From assembly GCF_964204645.1 (NCBI RefSeq), contig NC_134025.1:17273101-17337100 (forward strand): a stretch of DNA of 64,000 nt, given 5' to 3'. The stretch is from Tubulanus polymorphus. Taxonomy: Eukaryota > Animalia > Nemertea. The translations under genes and the position numbers were made by a program. Shown piece after piece: positions 27,417 to 41,157 of the stretch. The notes beneath the pieces are model-generated. The model was given only the letters and a program-made list of their open reading frames with translations. It was not told the origin of the DNA and made no database searches. How positions within the stretch are numbered: the stretch's first letter is position 1; every line of letters begins with the position of its first letter.

Positions 27417-29673
27417 TGTTCCGCGGTCCCTTTCTCTATTGTCTTTTTCCTCTATTACAAACTCCGGTCCCTGGCGAGAAAGTCGACCACGAACACAGAA
27501 ACCCGAAAACCAAGGAATAAAAGGAACTCCGGATTTAAATATGATAATACTCAACTTTTATTCTACAATTTAAACTGAACTTTAGTCTCAACAATTTATA
27601 AAATTCCCTACATTTTAATTTAGAATTTTGTTACAAATCCCGCACACAAGAAGATGCAATTCAACCGGATAGCCGAAAGTTATCTGTTCTATAGTCTTCT
27701 AATGCTTCCCCTGAAAATGCTTTCTAAAAGAGTTCGCTCTCTCTCGAGGTGCGGCCCCTTTTATACGGCTGCGTCCACACCCAAGAAAAATCCAGAACCC
27801 TGAAATTGAATGAAAGTATCTTGAGACCGCTGCCTCCGCTAATACAGTAAAAAGTCTAGCACTTAACACCACCGCAATTACGAAGTTTGAAAATATACCG
27901 CATGAAGACGCATCAGCAACCACAACAACACAGTACGCCATGGACGGATGAATGACGTTATCCAACGCAGTTCCTCACAGCCTAATGATACACCATCCAG
28001 CACGAACACACGCAATATCAATGGCTTCAACGTAGAACCAGATTTACGATACAGGAGTCTATAACTTCTCCACAGTTTATATCGCAACATACGAGTCGAA
28101 AATACCACAACGCTTGTAGTACAACGAAGCTGAATACAGCGCGCTGGAACATTGAGTTCATACATCCGCCATTTAGATCGGTTTAACGCAAATGTCGTCG
28201 GCGAATTTCACGATTTCTTGCATGCAGCCAGGTGTTTTGTCCCCAAGGAATTATCACAAGTCCGTGAGTATAACGTTTTTCGCAAGAGGGACAACACCAT
28301 TAACACTGGCTGACTGCATGACTAACAAGACACTGATACATACATCTCCAGGCCTACGCCTAAACGCAACTGTATAGGCCGGATTTCTTGTCATCGACGG
28401 CCTTGCATCTTTAAAAATGGACGTGGCTCCGAGTGTCCTATGTCCCGACCATACCAGTTGTTGGCTCATGCTGTTCTATGCGTCCAGCAATAGAGTCTCG
28501 GGATACCTCCCAACAAGTCCCCATCTCCACATGGTCACTATCAGGGAAGTACCCCTCAACGTCTAACGCAGCAGACAGGAAAAAAAACGGTCTTGCATCC
28601 AAGTGCTGTCATGTTGGTCGGTCTCAAACCACTCGAAACGGGTACCCTACAAGCAAAAGACAACGACAATATTACAGAACAATTAAAGACAACGACGGTA
28701 TATTATACAAATTCCATAATCATATTACAAGTCTAGTCTATTGTATCGACATTGTTAACAATGAAAAATAAAAGAAATAGAGACTTCTGTTTTAATCATC
28801 TACTGCTATCCATTCAGTCAACAAAACTTCGTCGCTATGATGACCCTACTCGTTTCATTGTTCGTTTAATTAATTGTATAAATTAATGCGTAAACGTATA
28901 TCCGACATGAATATCACCTAAAGTAACAACTTAGATGCGCATAAAATATCATATATGGTTATAATATATCGTATAACTATCCGTAAACGAAAATTACATG
29001 ATCAGCCTGATCAAATAAACAATTGCAAATTAATCTTATCACGACTATACTTACAAAGCCGTCTTATAAATTCAGGAAAAAGTGCCTATAGGACACTCCT
29101 GCCAGAATATTAACATCGCGAGGAGAGTATAACACTGATTCCTCCAAATGCGATGAGCTCAGACCACTATTCCAAAGTCTTCTATATCCTATAGTAAAAA
29201 CATCAAATTCAAGGGTCAATTTCACATATACCCGCGAAAATTCAGGGGAAATCCAGCTTATGGCTCATAAACGAGAATCTTAGCTACGCATTAACGTGGT
29301 TTTCGCCCCACATACCCAACCTCACTTTTGAAATAATCAAACTTTTATAGATTAGGGGTCCCCCAACACCAGGTACACCCGTACATTGGAGCCGAATTTC
29401 GCAGGGAGTCCCCCAATGTGTTTAGTTCTATCACTCCATTGAAAATAGTTCCAAGAAATCCCTGATTTTATTATCAATTTGTCTCACAGTACCTACAGAT
29501 TTTATACCTATAACATATTACCGTCACGTCTTCTATTTGTGTAACCATGGCAACTTAAATGGGAACCCTGCAGTTGATTTTAGGTACTATTTTTGGGGTC
29601 CTGCACTACGCGTCTTGAGGCATACTGACCTAATTGTGGTCTCATGCCCGATGTTACTTAGTGATTCAAAATC

Positions 29674-30330
29674 TCAATAAAGACGTGGATACAGACGACC
29701 CTCATTTGCCAACATCGATCGCCTAGGTATGTCGAAGGACGGAGGACCTGATGGCAAATGATTGGCCAACGACGATTCTAGGACCAGAATGCTCGGTTGT
29801 TGACTGTCGGTCTGAGCTTCAACGTCAACAGCGACAATTTCAGGTTCAACTGATGACACTACGAGTTTCGCCGCTTCTCTCAGTTCCACACTCAATGAAC
29901 GATAATTATCCACAACGATTGCTTTACTAGATACCGATAACATCTGCCTCATGTCAAACAGACTTATCTTCAGAGGCACCGAGCATGATTTTGGTAAATT
30001 ATAAACCGTCCCTTGTGAACAGGTCATTTGTTTTTCGTGCCAAGTTAAATTCAATCGAGCAACCCCACAAGTGACCTGTAAGGCGACTCTAGTAAGAGCT
30101 GGTGGCTCTAAATAACATTAAGATTTACATCCAGACAGCGTTAGTAAAGGTAAATCGAGCCTATGTATTCCATGTTTAATTCGCATCATCAATCTAACTG
30201 GATACTTACCAGGCGAGCACGCTGCAGGTAAACAATGCCTGCATCTATAAAATAAAGCACGTAACAATGGTCGAAAAACAATTATCAAAATTCCCACTAC
30301 GATTAACAAAAACAGAACAACAGGGGTGGA
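29674..30330 (-). pseudogene. Possible C-terminal part of an env-like ORF3
   Basis: A hydrophobic stretch (LIVVGILIIVF) is followed by a basic/Cys segment and ~200 codons with one stop. It lies in the 3' half of the LTR element on its sense strand. Confidence 0.4.
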
Positions 30331-32272
30331 TATGGGACCCCCGTTACAGGATGACTAACGCCAATCAGGGCCGCACATATTGCTATTTTTGTGGTGCACA
30401 CGACCACTTTTACCGAAGTTGTGAAAAGATGATGAAAGCCAAGATTGCGGAACAAAAATCAAATGAGTAATAAGTAGCCCAGGTGAAATGATTCCCCTAG
30501 ATGTTCCCCTAGCTGCATTCAATATTTTATCAACCTTTTGCTCTTCTAAATAGGTTTTTATATCATTACCTATACAAGTTTTGAAATCTTCAACTAGCAT
30601 TAATTGACGTAATTTTTCAAAATCACTATCTACCCCTCTTGAATCGCACCATCGATCAAATAGACTCTCTTTATCTTTAGCGAATTCTACAAAAGTTTCT
30701 GAATCAGTTTTTCTCCGATCGCGAAACCTTTGTCTATAGGCTTCAGGTACTAACTCATTGCCTTCAAAATAGCAATTTTAACTGTTTCATATTGAGCACT
30801 TTGTTCAGAATTCAAAGCCAAAATATAGCTGCATAGCAGCGATAACGGGTTTCTGCCTAACTTTCATATGTCGCACTGGCGAATGACGAACTACTTACTA
30901 GCAACCTGGCAGATTGTCACTAGCTATGAGTGGAATCCTCAATTGCCACAGCAGCACTGCAGGAACCCCATTGTACTGTGGCAGTCGCCATGCCATCAAG
31001 CTCAAATCCTTGCCAGGGACAATGTAGTAAATGACATCAGAACTTGGCCAAGCATATGGGGATAAGCACCAAATTTGGAAACAATAATTATACACAACAC
31101 ATATCATCATACCATCCACCTTTTATTTATATTTCATCCCACAACATTGATTACAAACATTTCTGAATACTATCTCACTGCACAATACAAAATACATACA
31201 TCGCCACAAATGATTGCTACATGATCAATTACCATTTCCTATATATTCAATACAATCCTTCATACAGTTCCATACATAATAATTCATAAGACTGTACATA
31301 TGTGTTTAGTAATATTAATGGTGGTAATATATGTACAGTGTTATCACATCAAAACCTATGGCAACAACGCATCAATATCCCCCAGCATGAAATAATACTC
31401 ATTTTGTACACTGTACATAGCTGTTACATTCCAACACATCCATTCCACACAGTGACTGCTTCATCCCCATGACAGCTAGATATATACATCCACCACCATA
31501 TCTTACTGTTACATTGCTACATATCAATCACAATGTCAAATATCATTCATGCCCCATTACAACTATCTACATACTTTCCCCAGCTTATACCACTGTTACT
31601 TAACAACATATCAATTCCAAATACACACTGTTTCATTCCCTAGAAACTAGGTACATCAATTTACCCATTTACTATTGTCACACAATCTTCAAAAACACTA
31701 AAATATAAACCCTGTCACTCATAAATGAATTCACATAAAGGTCACATAAAATTAAAATCATAACTACACATGCCTGTATATACAAAACCCCACTATTGTA
31801 ACACACCTGACCCTCCTATATACATCCACATAGATGTTTCCACATATCGAAATCAAAACATACACTACATACACACCACTACACAACACCCTGCTTCATT
31901 AATACGCGTCACCCTCTGACATATATTCGCAGAGGAGACTCTACAGAACGAAATATTATAACCTCCCATACACATTTACACAACCCAGTACCATAACCTC
32001 ATACACATGTGTCATGATAAGCAAACAACATCGAAATTCAAATGTGTACAAGTGGACAGAATTAAACAACATAAACCTATTACCAACTTGTGACATTATC
32101 ATATTATAACATTACAAAACCCATCCAAATAGGAGACTCTGATAATCGAAACATTTACTACATTTGCACCAGCACACAACTCCCCTATAAACAAATCTGC
32201 CTGAATAACCATAAAAGCGATAACATTAAAAACCTCATTTTCTAATGAGTAAATACAGTTTATAAACTGTAT

Positions 32273-34807
32273 TTACTCATTAGTTTTTTCAGTATTTTGT
32301 CGCTTGCCACACCAAGAGCAAATACATTCCTCAGATTGTTTCACACATGACACAACTTCATAGTGTACACCTCTGCAATTTTTCAAATAAATGTTGCCAT
32401 TTAATTCACACACGATTTGGTGCACTGAAAGTAGAACCAGCGAATCGTAACCAACCATTGCCTACAAATGTATATATATCAGCATGCAGTAAATCAGCTG
32501 TTGCAAGAATTTCAACCTCTGTCACCCAAGTACCTGTATATTTCATACGGGATTCATCAATATACTCATTTATAGTAAGTTGTGGATTTCTCAGATGTGG
32601 TTGGAATTTGTCGGAATTCTGCCGCATGTGCTTTAAAACTTCGGTGCGTATAGCCCGATGATATTGCTCAGTTCCACAGATTGAATATGAAATTGCCCGA
32701 AAAAAACAGCTTCCATCGCCTTTAATTTTCTGCGTATTACATGGAGAGTAGAGTTGTCCATCATATTTGGGCATACATTCATATCCGAGAGTTGAGGGTC
32801 GACAATGAATACCTAGAATAGAGCATAATGTTTTGCACTGACCTTTTTCTAGTGGGTTGTAAATTAAATCATCATGCTGCACGGATTCACTAGTAATAAT
32901 TACATCGCATTCATCTACTTTTGGGTTTGTATAGGGCAGTTCATCCTCACTACTTGTTTGTTGGTAGTTTGGAGAGTATGTAGTCGTTGTTTCGATAATG
33001 CTATTCTCTACAGTAGTTTCAATTTCATGGTTGATAGAAGCCACTGTAATTTCATACTGTATTGGTTGCCTCTGATTCATTGAAGCTGCAAGATTCTGAC
33101 AATGTTTGACAATACAATTAACACAAGAGTACCTTACTAATACAGCATGTCCATCAGCGGTCATCATTCCTGATGCATCTCTCGAATGTGAATCAAATAC
33201 CCAGTACATGTCATCCTGTTTTAAAACACAAAATGTATTTCCAGCAAATGTTATAAAGCATGTGTCGTAATTAAGCAGATTATTGTGCAAACATTCATGT
33301 AGTTCACTGATAATTCCAAAATTTCCAGCTCTCATTTCATCAGATAATTCAGATATAGCAACTTGAGGGGATCCAACAGTCACATTATAAATGGAATTTC
33401 CAATCTCAACAGCAGTTGGTAGCTCACTGATCAATAAATACATATTTGTTATTGTATTCATATTAGTCAATGTTGCGTATAAATCATTTCCAATATTCAA
33501 TACTGAATCAATATCATGAGGCATCCAGTTTATTACAGCTTTATTTGATGCATGAATCATTGCAGCTAATGCATTTGTTACACATTGCTTACCTGAATGA
33601 ATATCGTATTTTGGATGACCCTGGTGGAAATTTCCATGAATTGATGAACATCTCATATTCTCAGCACTTAAACATGACTCACTGTTACCAAAATTGCCAT
33701 CACAATCTCTACACGAAATCATACTCGAAATTGGTTGAATAGATGAGTCAGCTTTCATTTTCGATGAGGTTTCATGTATATTGTGACCAGCGTTATCATG
33801 TTGAATCTTATCACAGTTGTCAAGTGTAATCTTTTCACAGATTCCATATATAGCCTTATCATAGTTGCCTTGTTTAGTCTTATCATAGTTGTCATGCATA
33901 ATCGTATCACAGTTGTCATGATTGAAGTCACAAAAAACTGATTTCACTTCAATTGTCTCAACTTTGTTTTTTGTCATATCTTCATTCGAATTAGTTCCAC
34001 AATTTTGATTCATAGTCTGATCATAGATCTCATTAATATTCATTTCATGTTTTTCAGTCATTTTCATTTCATCTTTTTCATTTGTTTTCAAATCATAGTT
34101 TCCATTCATATGCATTTCATATTTTTCATTCATTTTCATTCCATGTTTTTCAGTCATTTTCATTTCATCTTTTTCATTTGCATTCAATTCATAGTTCTCA
34201 TTAGTTTTTGGTTCAAAGTTTTCATTGATTTTCACTTCATACTTCTTGTTTTGATTGTTATCAGAGTTTTCTTTTTGCGTTTCGTTAAAGTTTTCATTTT
34301 GAGCGTTTTTTAGGTTTTCATTTAAGATTTCATTTTCAACTCTTCTGTAGTCTTCATCTTGAGATTTTTCATAATTTTTTTCCATTGATCCTTTTTTCAT
34401 CTCTCTGTTTTGTCCAGTTAGGGCTGAGGGAACTCCAACCACCTCCACCTTCTGAAAATAGAAAAAAAATTCATTCACTATACGTTCGTAGAATTTTCTA
34501 ATGAGTTCAATTCAATTCAATAGCTTATAATTATCTCAACAAGAACCAGGGATGATACGACACTGGTCAGTTACACACCCTCTAAGCAACTGGTTTATGA
34601 TTTACTGATATGGTTTTTTCTGATAAAATACCAAAATCAGGCACCAAAATATTGCGCAGCTAACACATGCGATGAACAGTTTAATGAATTTTTTACTCGG
34701 AAAAAAGGCCTACATACTTCTTACTAGAAGATTAACATTTGCCTATGAAAAGAGGGTCTTACCTTCTTCGGCTGAAAGCTACCAGCTCTTCTTTTCCTTT
34801 TAGGCAT
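32273..34807 (-). CDS. Spliced Helentron gene: NLS-like exon, repeat region, herpes-tegument-like (peptidase C76-like) cysteine protease and OTU domain; frameshift near the 3' end
   Basis: Exon 34807-34763 (MPKRKRRAGSFQPKK) ends at GTAAG. The acceptor TTTTCAG joins in phase to 34451 of ORF 32406-34478. Motifs: GNFHQG..SGKQCVTN, FDSHSR; OTU GDGSCFFRAIS, W..EVEI.A.A, HYEVV. Confidence 0.78.
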
Positions 34808-35404
34808 GATGAGTAATGTACTGATCAATATCCTATTTCAAGTATCAACAAGTATCAAGTATGTGACCTATCACAAAAGAAACATTATCACAGCATTATT
34901 AATCAGCCTGTAGGAACTTTCTCTAAAATTTCGAAACAATAGGTGACACCTGCTACAAATAGGTATGGTGTGTTGAACAAGCAGCCTGTCAGCTGTGATA
35001 GCTCCGCTGGGTTTGGTTGATGGCAAGATTGGAAGAAAATTGAATAAAATGTGTTGAAAACAATGCATCAAAAATGTCTCCAAAACTAAACAAATTAACT
35101 GGATTTTGTTTGCAAACTTTTGGAATAAACCCTATAACCCACATAGGCTAGACGTAGTATCCTGAACAAATGTGCAACGACGAGTATTAAAACAGGCAGT
35201 GAACACTATTATGGTTCGCCCGATTACCGATTGGTGGCTCATTTTAAGATGGGTTGAAACAAAAATAAAAGGGTGGTCTTCCCTCTGAAACCTGTTGTTG
35301 CGGGGAATACCTGCATGATGAGTCTTGTTTAAAAAAATAAATAAATAGGAAATTGAATAATTGGTCGTCAGGTTCCGTTTTAGAAAAGGAATGATGCCAA
35401 TACA

Positions 35405-36229
35405 AATATCAACAAATTCAAGTTCTGGAATTACTCGTATGATGGCACTAGTCAGAACCGGAAATTGGAACCTAAATCCACCTTGTTTTGTTGATTTGCA
35501 ATAAAGATCTCTCGCTTCAAGTTTTTAATGAGCATTTTTTTTCACTAAATTTGTGATTTTTGGAAAATTTTTGACAGTTGAAGTAACGTTTTGTCCAATC
35601 TAACAGATTTCCAGGATATCATACTTAAAGGATTAAACGTGATGATGTATGTACGTAAAATACACTTACTAAAAAGGAAGTGCATATTTAACCTGGATCC
35701 GGTCACCGACTTCTGAACGCTATTTTGCCAAATCCATTTATTATGTAACAATTAAATCATTTTATTGGGTTTAGGGTAAGGGTTTGGATAGGGTTAGTGT
35801 CAAGAGGGTGAGAAGAGGGTCCACAGGGTTCGATTTCACAAGTAGGGATAGGGTTAGGGTTAGGTGAGGCTAAATGTAGCTAAAACATTCGGATGGTTTT
35901 CAATGAGCTCTGTGATCTAATAGGAAGACGCTAGGCTAGTAATTCACTGGTCCGGGTTAACTCTGTTCTCCACACTTCCTTCCAATTATCTAAGCCGCGC
36001 ACCTCTTTGCGCATGTGCGTAGTAAATCAGCCAATTTAGAGACAATATTTGGCAAAATAGCGTTCAGAAGTCAGTGACCAGATCCAGTAAAATAACTACT
36101 GCCTACTAAAAAATTGAGAGGCCAGATTTTTATTGCAAATAAACTAGAACATGGCAGATTTAGGTACCAATATCCAGTTCTAACTAGCGCCATCAGTCGA
36201 GAAATTCAAGAACCTGACATTGTCGATTT
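35405..36229. mobile_element. Older inverted-repeat element surrounding a younger MITE
   Basis: 35410-35510 and 36124-36227 are diverged inverted repeats. Confidence 0.55.
35676..36103. mobile_element. Mutator-like MITE with a 9-bp TSD
   Basis: GG...CC ends, ~60-bp imperfect TIRs (GGATCCGGTCACCGACTTCTGAACGCTATTTTGCCAAAT and its inverse), TSD TACTAAAAA (35667-35675/36104-36112), internal GGGTTA-like repeats. Confidence 0.8.
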
Positions 36230-37371
36230 CCCCAATAATTAGGCAGGCACAATTAGGCCTATGGGCCTAGGTAGATTGAATATACAAACAGTAGACTTAA
36301 GCTTGAATCAGATCCAGAAAGCAGGATACATTTTTACACTCCCAAATGGTCTGACATGAGTGGGCGGAGTGTACTGTAATTTATGTATAATAGGCCTTCA
36401 ATTTGAAATTAGCTGACATACGATTTCAATTAAGATATTTCTGTGTTCATTAAAATTGGCAGTCCCTTCTTATAGTATTTATTCACATTCACGAAAACCT
36501 GATGACTTGTTCGCATTCAGCAGAATCGGGTGGCTTAATCATAAGTCACAGGGTCAGGGAGATGGAGTGCTCCCTGCTCTCGCACACAGACACACACACA
36601 CTAGTGCAGTTCAAATCCCATTATTCAATATTTAAGCTGCTGTCTATATAGGCCTAAATATTTTCTACCCATACCACAAACACTATTATTAAATCATACG
36701 CATTGGGTCAACCTTAACACCTAGCCCAAATTTGGCCTTTTAAAAGCTACTTCTATGTGTAAGTCATGCGGGATTCGATATCGATCTCACACCAACCAGA
36801 CCCGACTGCTACCACAACGCGCGGATCAAGACGAATTCCGGTCGGCTTTTAATACCAGTCGTCAGATTACGTGGAAAAATACATCATATTAGGCCTAACC
36901 GTTATATATACATACCTCTCTGAAGATTGGTCACAGAAACACACAACAAAGTCGTAAAAATGCAAGTAACGTAGAGTGGCGTCGCACGTTGTAAATAAAG
37001 AAAATGGCGTCCGAGCTAAATTGACGCATGCGCACGAAATCTGAAAACATTGAATGGATGTCGTAGGTCGAACCCCGATTTATAAATCCGAATCCGTGAT
37101 TTATTTTGAAGCTCAAGGTCGTCGGGTAATTTGCAGGCTTTTCACGATGTACATTTATCAATGGATGATGATTCTTGCGACATTCTTATTTCCTGTTTAG
37201 ACCAAATAATTACGCGGGATTAATTCATAATCAATTATAATACGCAAATTGGAAATGGTCAGGCGCTGAGTTATATTTCTTTCATAATTGAAAATTAGGT
37301 TTATAAGCTGCTAGTAGTCGAATCTGAGAGGAGTTACATTTTATGAAAAATTTTTGGCTGGAAAGGGGAAA

Positions 37372-37372
<1 letters not shown>

Positions 37373-37413
<41 letters not shown>
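37373..37413. repeat. (AAT)n microsatellite within the Helentron 5' end
   Basis: Seen directly in the sequence. Confidence 0.95.
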
Positions 37414-38525
37414 CAACAGAATTACAAGAGGGTTTCTGCGAAAGCAGCAGAAACCCTAATAAGCTTCCTGGGCTTTGCCCACTAGAACACTTTGCAGGAG
37501 CAGTGTCCAGCTTTCTCGGGGCCACTTAAGATTGTTCGCTACCTTCTCAAAGTGACGAAAATACTTATCTACTTCCGACTCCTGGAATCTGGGTACCATT
37601 CTGATGTGACGGGTGACGTCAAATTCGACTTCATTATCTCGATATCTACTGGTAGACGCACTGATTTCCAATTCACGCATCCGCACTCTGTGTTCACCTT
37701 CCATCCGCTGTAACGATAGTTAGAAGTGCCTTTCTCGCTCTTTTTCTCTCTCTTGAAACTCCAGTTCGATACGTCGAATGATAACACTCTCCGGAACATC
37801 GGACATTTTAGCTGGAACTGACTCAAACTGATCATTACTAACTACACCAGATTCAATCAAATGTCGCACAATTACGTCCTTTAAATCCGCTTTTGTTTGG
37901 GACGTTTTAACAGATACGTTATAATGGACTGCCAAATTAAGCAACTCGGACGTTTTTAGAACATTAATACTTTCTCGGCTAGGTATATCGATAAACGTCT
38001 GTAATGACGAAGTGGCCATTTTAATCACGAAGAGAACTTAAACAAGAACAGGTACAGTACCTTGAAAATATAAGCAGTAGCGCTATCAACACTGACGCCG
38101 CGAAAAACAACAAATCTCGCTTCATGAGTTAGCTCTGCCACGATATTTGAAGTAAAACTGTGTCGAAACTCGGGTCTAAATATCATTCACATTCGCATGC
38201 AATGAATACGGACGAGCCCCCATTTTCTGTTACGGCCTCCTTCAGCCATGGTCGAAATCCACCAAACTCAACGACAAACGACACAAAACGACGAATGTAG
38301 ACTTGACTTCAATATAACTTTAATGTGGCAACGGCGTGAACTAACTGGTACTGGTCAGGGAATGCACACATTTATACCAAACCTGACAGATAAGAATTAT
38401 GGAGGCGTAAACCCTGACAAACACCAAACCGTTCAATAGACGACATAATACAGATACAAAATCTATACAAAAATATTCATACTTATATACTTATATTCGT
38501 ACTTATAAACCCAACAGAGGTAACG

Positions 38526-39945
38526 GCGGGCCGTATTGTCGATTCGTCACTGGGCGGCCATTCCTCATAGGATGTTCGTTGGCTACAGTGGGGCGACCAT
38601 TTATGGTGGTTCGACCCCACCCTTGCTGGTCTCCTACAGGATGAGGTCCCATGGCGTTCCCTGATTTGGCCAATTCAAACCTGTGCGTTGTTTGCTAAAT
38701 CTTCTATTGTTGTAATAACGTCTAGAGTTTGCCGAGCTAGAATTATTAAGATTTATGTCATCTGGGCGCCTCTGATATCCCTGATCCACTTGCCAGGTAG
38801 GGCAGTTACGGGCGTAATGTCCCGGGGCGTGGCAGCGGTAACAAATCACGCTCCCTCCGCTTGATCTCTGTAGAAATCGCCTTTCATCTGGAGATACTCC
38901 CTCTCATGCTGGTCATGGCGTCTAGGGTTCGAATCCCTATTCTGAAGTGACATGAGTTGTTTAAACATGTCACGCAATTAAGCCATGACTTCTCGTACCT
39001 CCTGATTCGGGCTTGCCTCAGGCTGATTAACCGAGGGGGCAGTTTTCTTCTTTTTCTCTATGTGTTCTGCCATCCTACCGGCATCCCAGGCATCTCTAAA
39101 AGTAGCGGGCCGCTGGGACAGCAGATAAAAGGAAATTTCCGGTTTCGAGTTGTTAATTAACAACATTTTCTTCTGGTGATCAGAGAACTTTAAGCTAGAG
39201 GCCAACCGATCGATGTCCTCGGCAAATTGGTCAAGCGGTTGCCCCTCCCCCTGTTTCATGGTTGTCAGGGCAGATTCCCTGACTATGGCCCAAGTTGTCG
39301 GGCTAAACTGTTTTATGAAAGCAGCAACGATATGATCCCAAGGGGTAATTTTTAAGTTGCCAGCCGCATCAGTCTCTTGATCGATGTGCAGATCGTTGAA
39401 AAGGACCAAAGCTGGTCCGGACAGAAACCAGAAAATCTGTTTCTTTTTGACCTCAGCGGTCCAGCCTCTGAGGTCAGCAAGCCTATCAAATCCCCTAAAC
39501 CATTCATCCACATCTTGATTGTCCCGGCCTGTGAATTTCGGAAGGAGGCTGTAATTTCTATTGTTAAAATTATTATTACTATTACCGATATTCTAACTGA
39601 TATTATTATTATTATTATTATTATATTATTATTATTATTATTATCCCTAAAATTCGTATGAATAATGCCAATGTATGAAATTTATTGAAAGATCATCGCA
39701 TAAAACCTAGAGCTTTCCGCCCATGAGGGGTCCTTGTGCTCTTTTCCCAGCACTTCCGCGGTTTCTACGAGGCAATTTTGAAGGTGCCTTAATTTTGGCC
39801 CATGAGCATTTACAATAAGCTCAAATGTTTCCTCGTCACCGGATGCGTTCGCATCCTGCTCCGCCCAATAGAGACCGTATAGGCCATCCGTAAATACTTC
39901 TAACAGAAAATCATTTCTTGGGCCTCTATGATCTCTTCATCCATA
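38526..39945 (-). pseudogene. gag: Gag of the tRNA-Phe-primed gypsy element
   Basis: FTG..QDVDEWFRGFDRLA..GW...LSGPA, MKQGEGQPLDQF, zinc knuckle CYRCHAPGHYARNC. Confidence 0.82.
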
Positions 39946-40050
39946 ATTCAGAAATTATATATAATACTATCGTATAAGAAATTCAGAAATTTTTTGTGTT
40001 ATTTAAATTGGAATTTAAAGTAGCTAATTTATTATATATTATTTCGGAGT

Positions 40051-40068
40051 TCCCGGGTTTCGGCACCA
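40051..40068 (-). promoter_or_regulatory. Primer-binding site complementary to the tRNA-Phe 3' end
   Basis: TGGTGCCGAAACCCGGGA on the - strand, 3 nt inside the LTR end at 40072. Confidence 0.85.
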
Positions 40069-40071
40069 ATA

Positions 40072-41153
40072 TGTTCCGCGGTCCCTTTCTCTATTGTCTT
40101 TTTCCTCTATTACAAACTCCGGTCCCTGGCGAGAAAGTCGACCACGAACACAGAAACCCGAAAACCAAGGAATAAAAGGAACTCCGGATTTAAATATGAT
40201 AATACTCAACTTTTATTCTACAATTTAAACTGAACTTTAGGCTCAACAATTTATATAAAATTCCCTACCTTTTAATTTAGAATTTTGTTACAAATCCCGC
40301 ACACAAGAAGATGCAATTCAACCGGATAGCCGAAAGTTATCTGTTCTATAGTCTTCTAATGCTTCCCCTGAAAATGCTTTCTAAAAGAGTTCGCTCTCTC
40401 TCGAGGTGCGGCCCCTTTTATACGGCTGCGTCCACACCCAAGAAAAATCCAGAACCCTGCTTGCGGCCAGCCGTAAAAGGGAACGAGCAACCAACGCAGC
40501 ACCACAACGCAGAGCTGGGGTCCTGATTCTAAGACTTTTCATTCGCTGCTAACTTTAACCCGACCCTCGACGTCATGATACCTGCCGGTCTGCTCTCCTT
40601 CTCAACCGCACCGAAGAGATTACATATATACTATTTTTCCAACCCTCGAACTCATTTATTTTAACTTATCCAATGAACACAATTCCCATAATGAACGATA
40701 TTTAATTTTGTCTAATTAGTAATATACAATGTAAGCCGAAATATCATCTTTCTTATTTATATTCTTTATCATTATTAGTACATTCAAATTTAAACACACA
40801 AAATCTTATTAATTAAAATAATAAAACTCTTTAATATTACTTTTCAATATTATTCTTTAATATTACTCCTTATTATCGATTTATCAGACTAAGGGTCAGC
40901 GAGTGTTTCATAAGTTTATTTCATAATTGCTCATTTCCACGAATTCTTCTCATGACTACAGCGCCGTGATTACCTTCAAATGATTTAGAATGCTCGTCTG
41001 ATACAAGTATAATGTTTCAGACAAACAACCATTAAGGCGGATAATGTATTATCATACATAACGAACAATGCGTGTGTTCTCCCAGGACATGCCAAGAAAC
41101 CTACGTATATAAATCGTTTGATCTTTTTGAAAGTACAATTCAGCTGCGGATCA
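40072..41153 (-). repeat. 5' LTR (1082 bp)
   Basis: TG...CA termini, adjacent PBS, duplicated in part at 27417-27802. Confidence 0.9.
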
Positions 41154-41157
41154 GTGT

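Larger units (their letters stand above)
30821..37460 (-). mobile_element. Helentron (Helitron2-type), deletion derivative lacking Rep/helicase
   Basis: 5' subTIR GGGTTTCTGC with a nearby inverted copy (37430-37456), then (ATT)n. 3' subTIR at 30847-30856, then the hairpin GCTGC-N3-GCAGC (30828-30840) and a T-run. Inserted at TT inside gag. Confidence 0.82.
30484..38525 (-). mobile_element. gag: Second Gmr1-like gypsy fragment: 5' LTR, tRNA-Pro PBS and gag, split by the Helentron
   Basis: LTR at 38228-38525 (TGTTAC...GTAAC), PBS TGGGGGCTCGTCCG at ~38209-38222. gag at 38028-37461 (VPRFQESEVDKYFRHFEKVA...GKAQEAY) resumes at 30820-30484 (ALNSEQ..ELVPEAYRQRFR..FDRWC). Confidence 0.85.
27417..41153 (-). 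mobile_element. Ty3/gypsy LTR element primed by tRNA-Phe, internally deleted, with an env-like remnant
   Basis: TGTTCCGC...GCGGATCA ends with a 4-bp TSD GTGT (27413-27416/41154-41157). Full LTR at 40072-41153; partial LTR at 27417-27802 is almost identical to 40072-40459. gag at ~38526-39945. No pol seen. Confidence 0.9.

Noticed and set aside
35765-35865. Interstitial telomere (GGGTTA repeats)
   Set aside because: Only a few degenerate units, internal to a MITE.
16581-37460. One 21-kb element bounded by TAGGGTTTCT / AGAAACCCTA inverted repeats
   Set aside because: The flanks are unrelated (Polinton gene on the left, gag on the right), and the 37460 end already pairs with a 3' end at 30821. 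These are two separate Helentron 5' ends.
40051-40068. tRNA-Phe gene
   Set aside because: Only the 18-nt 3' end including CCA is present, next to an LTR, so it is a primer-binding site.
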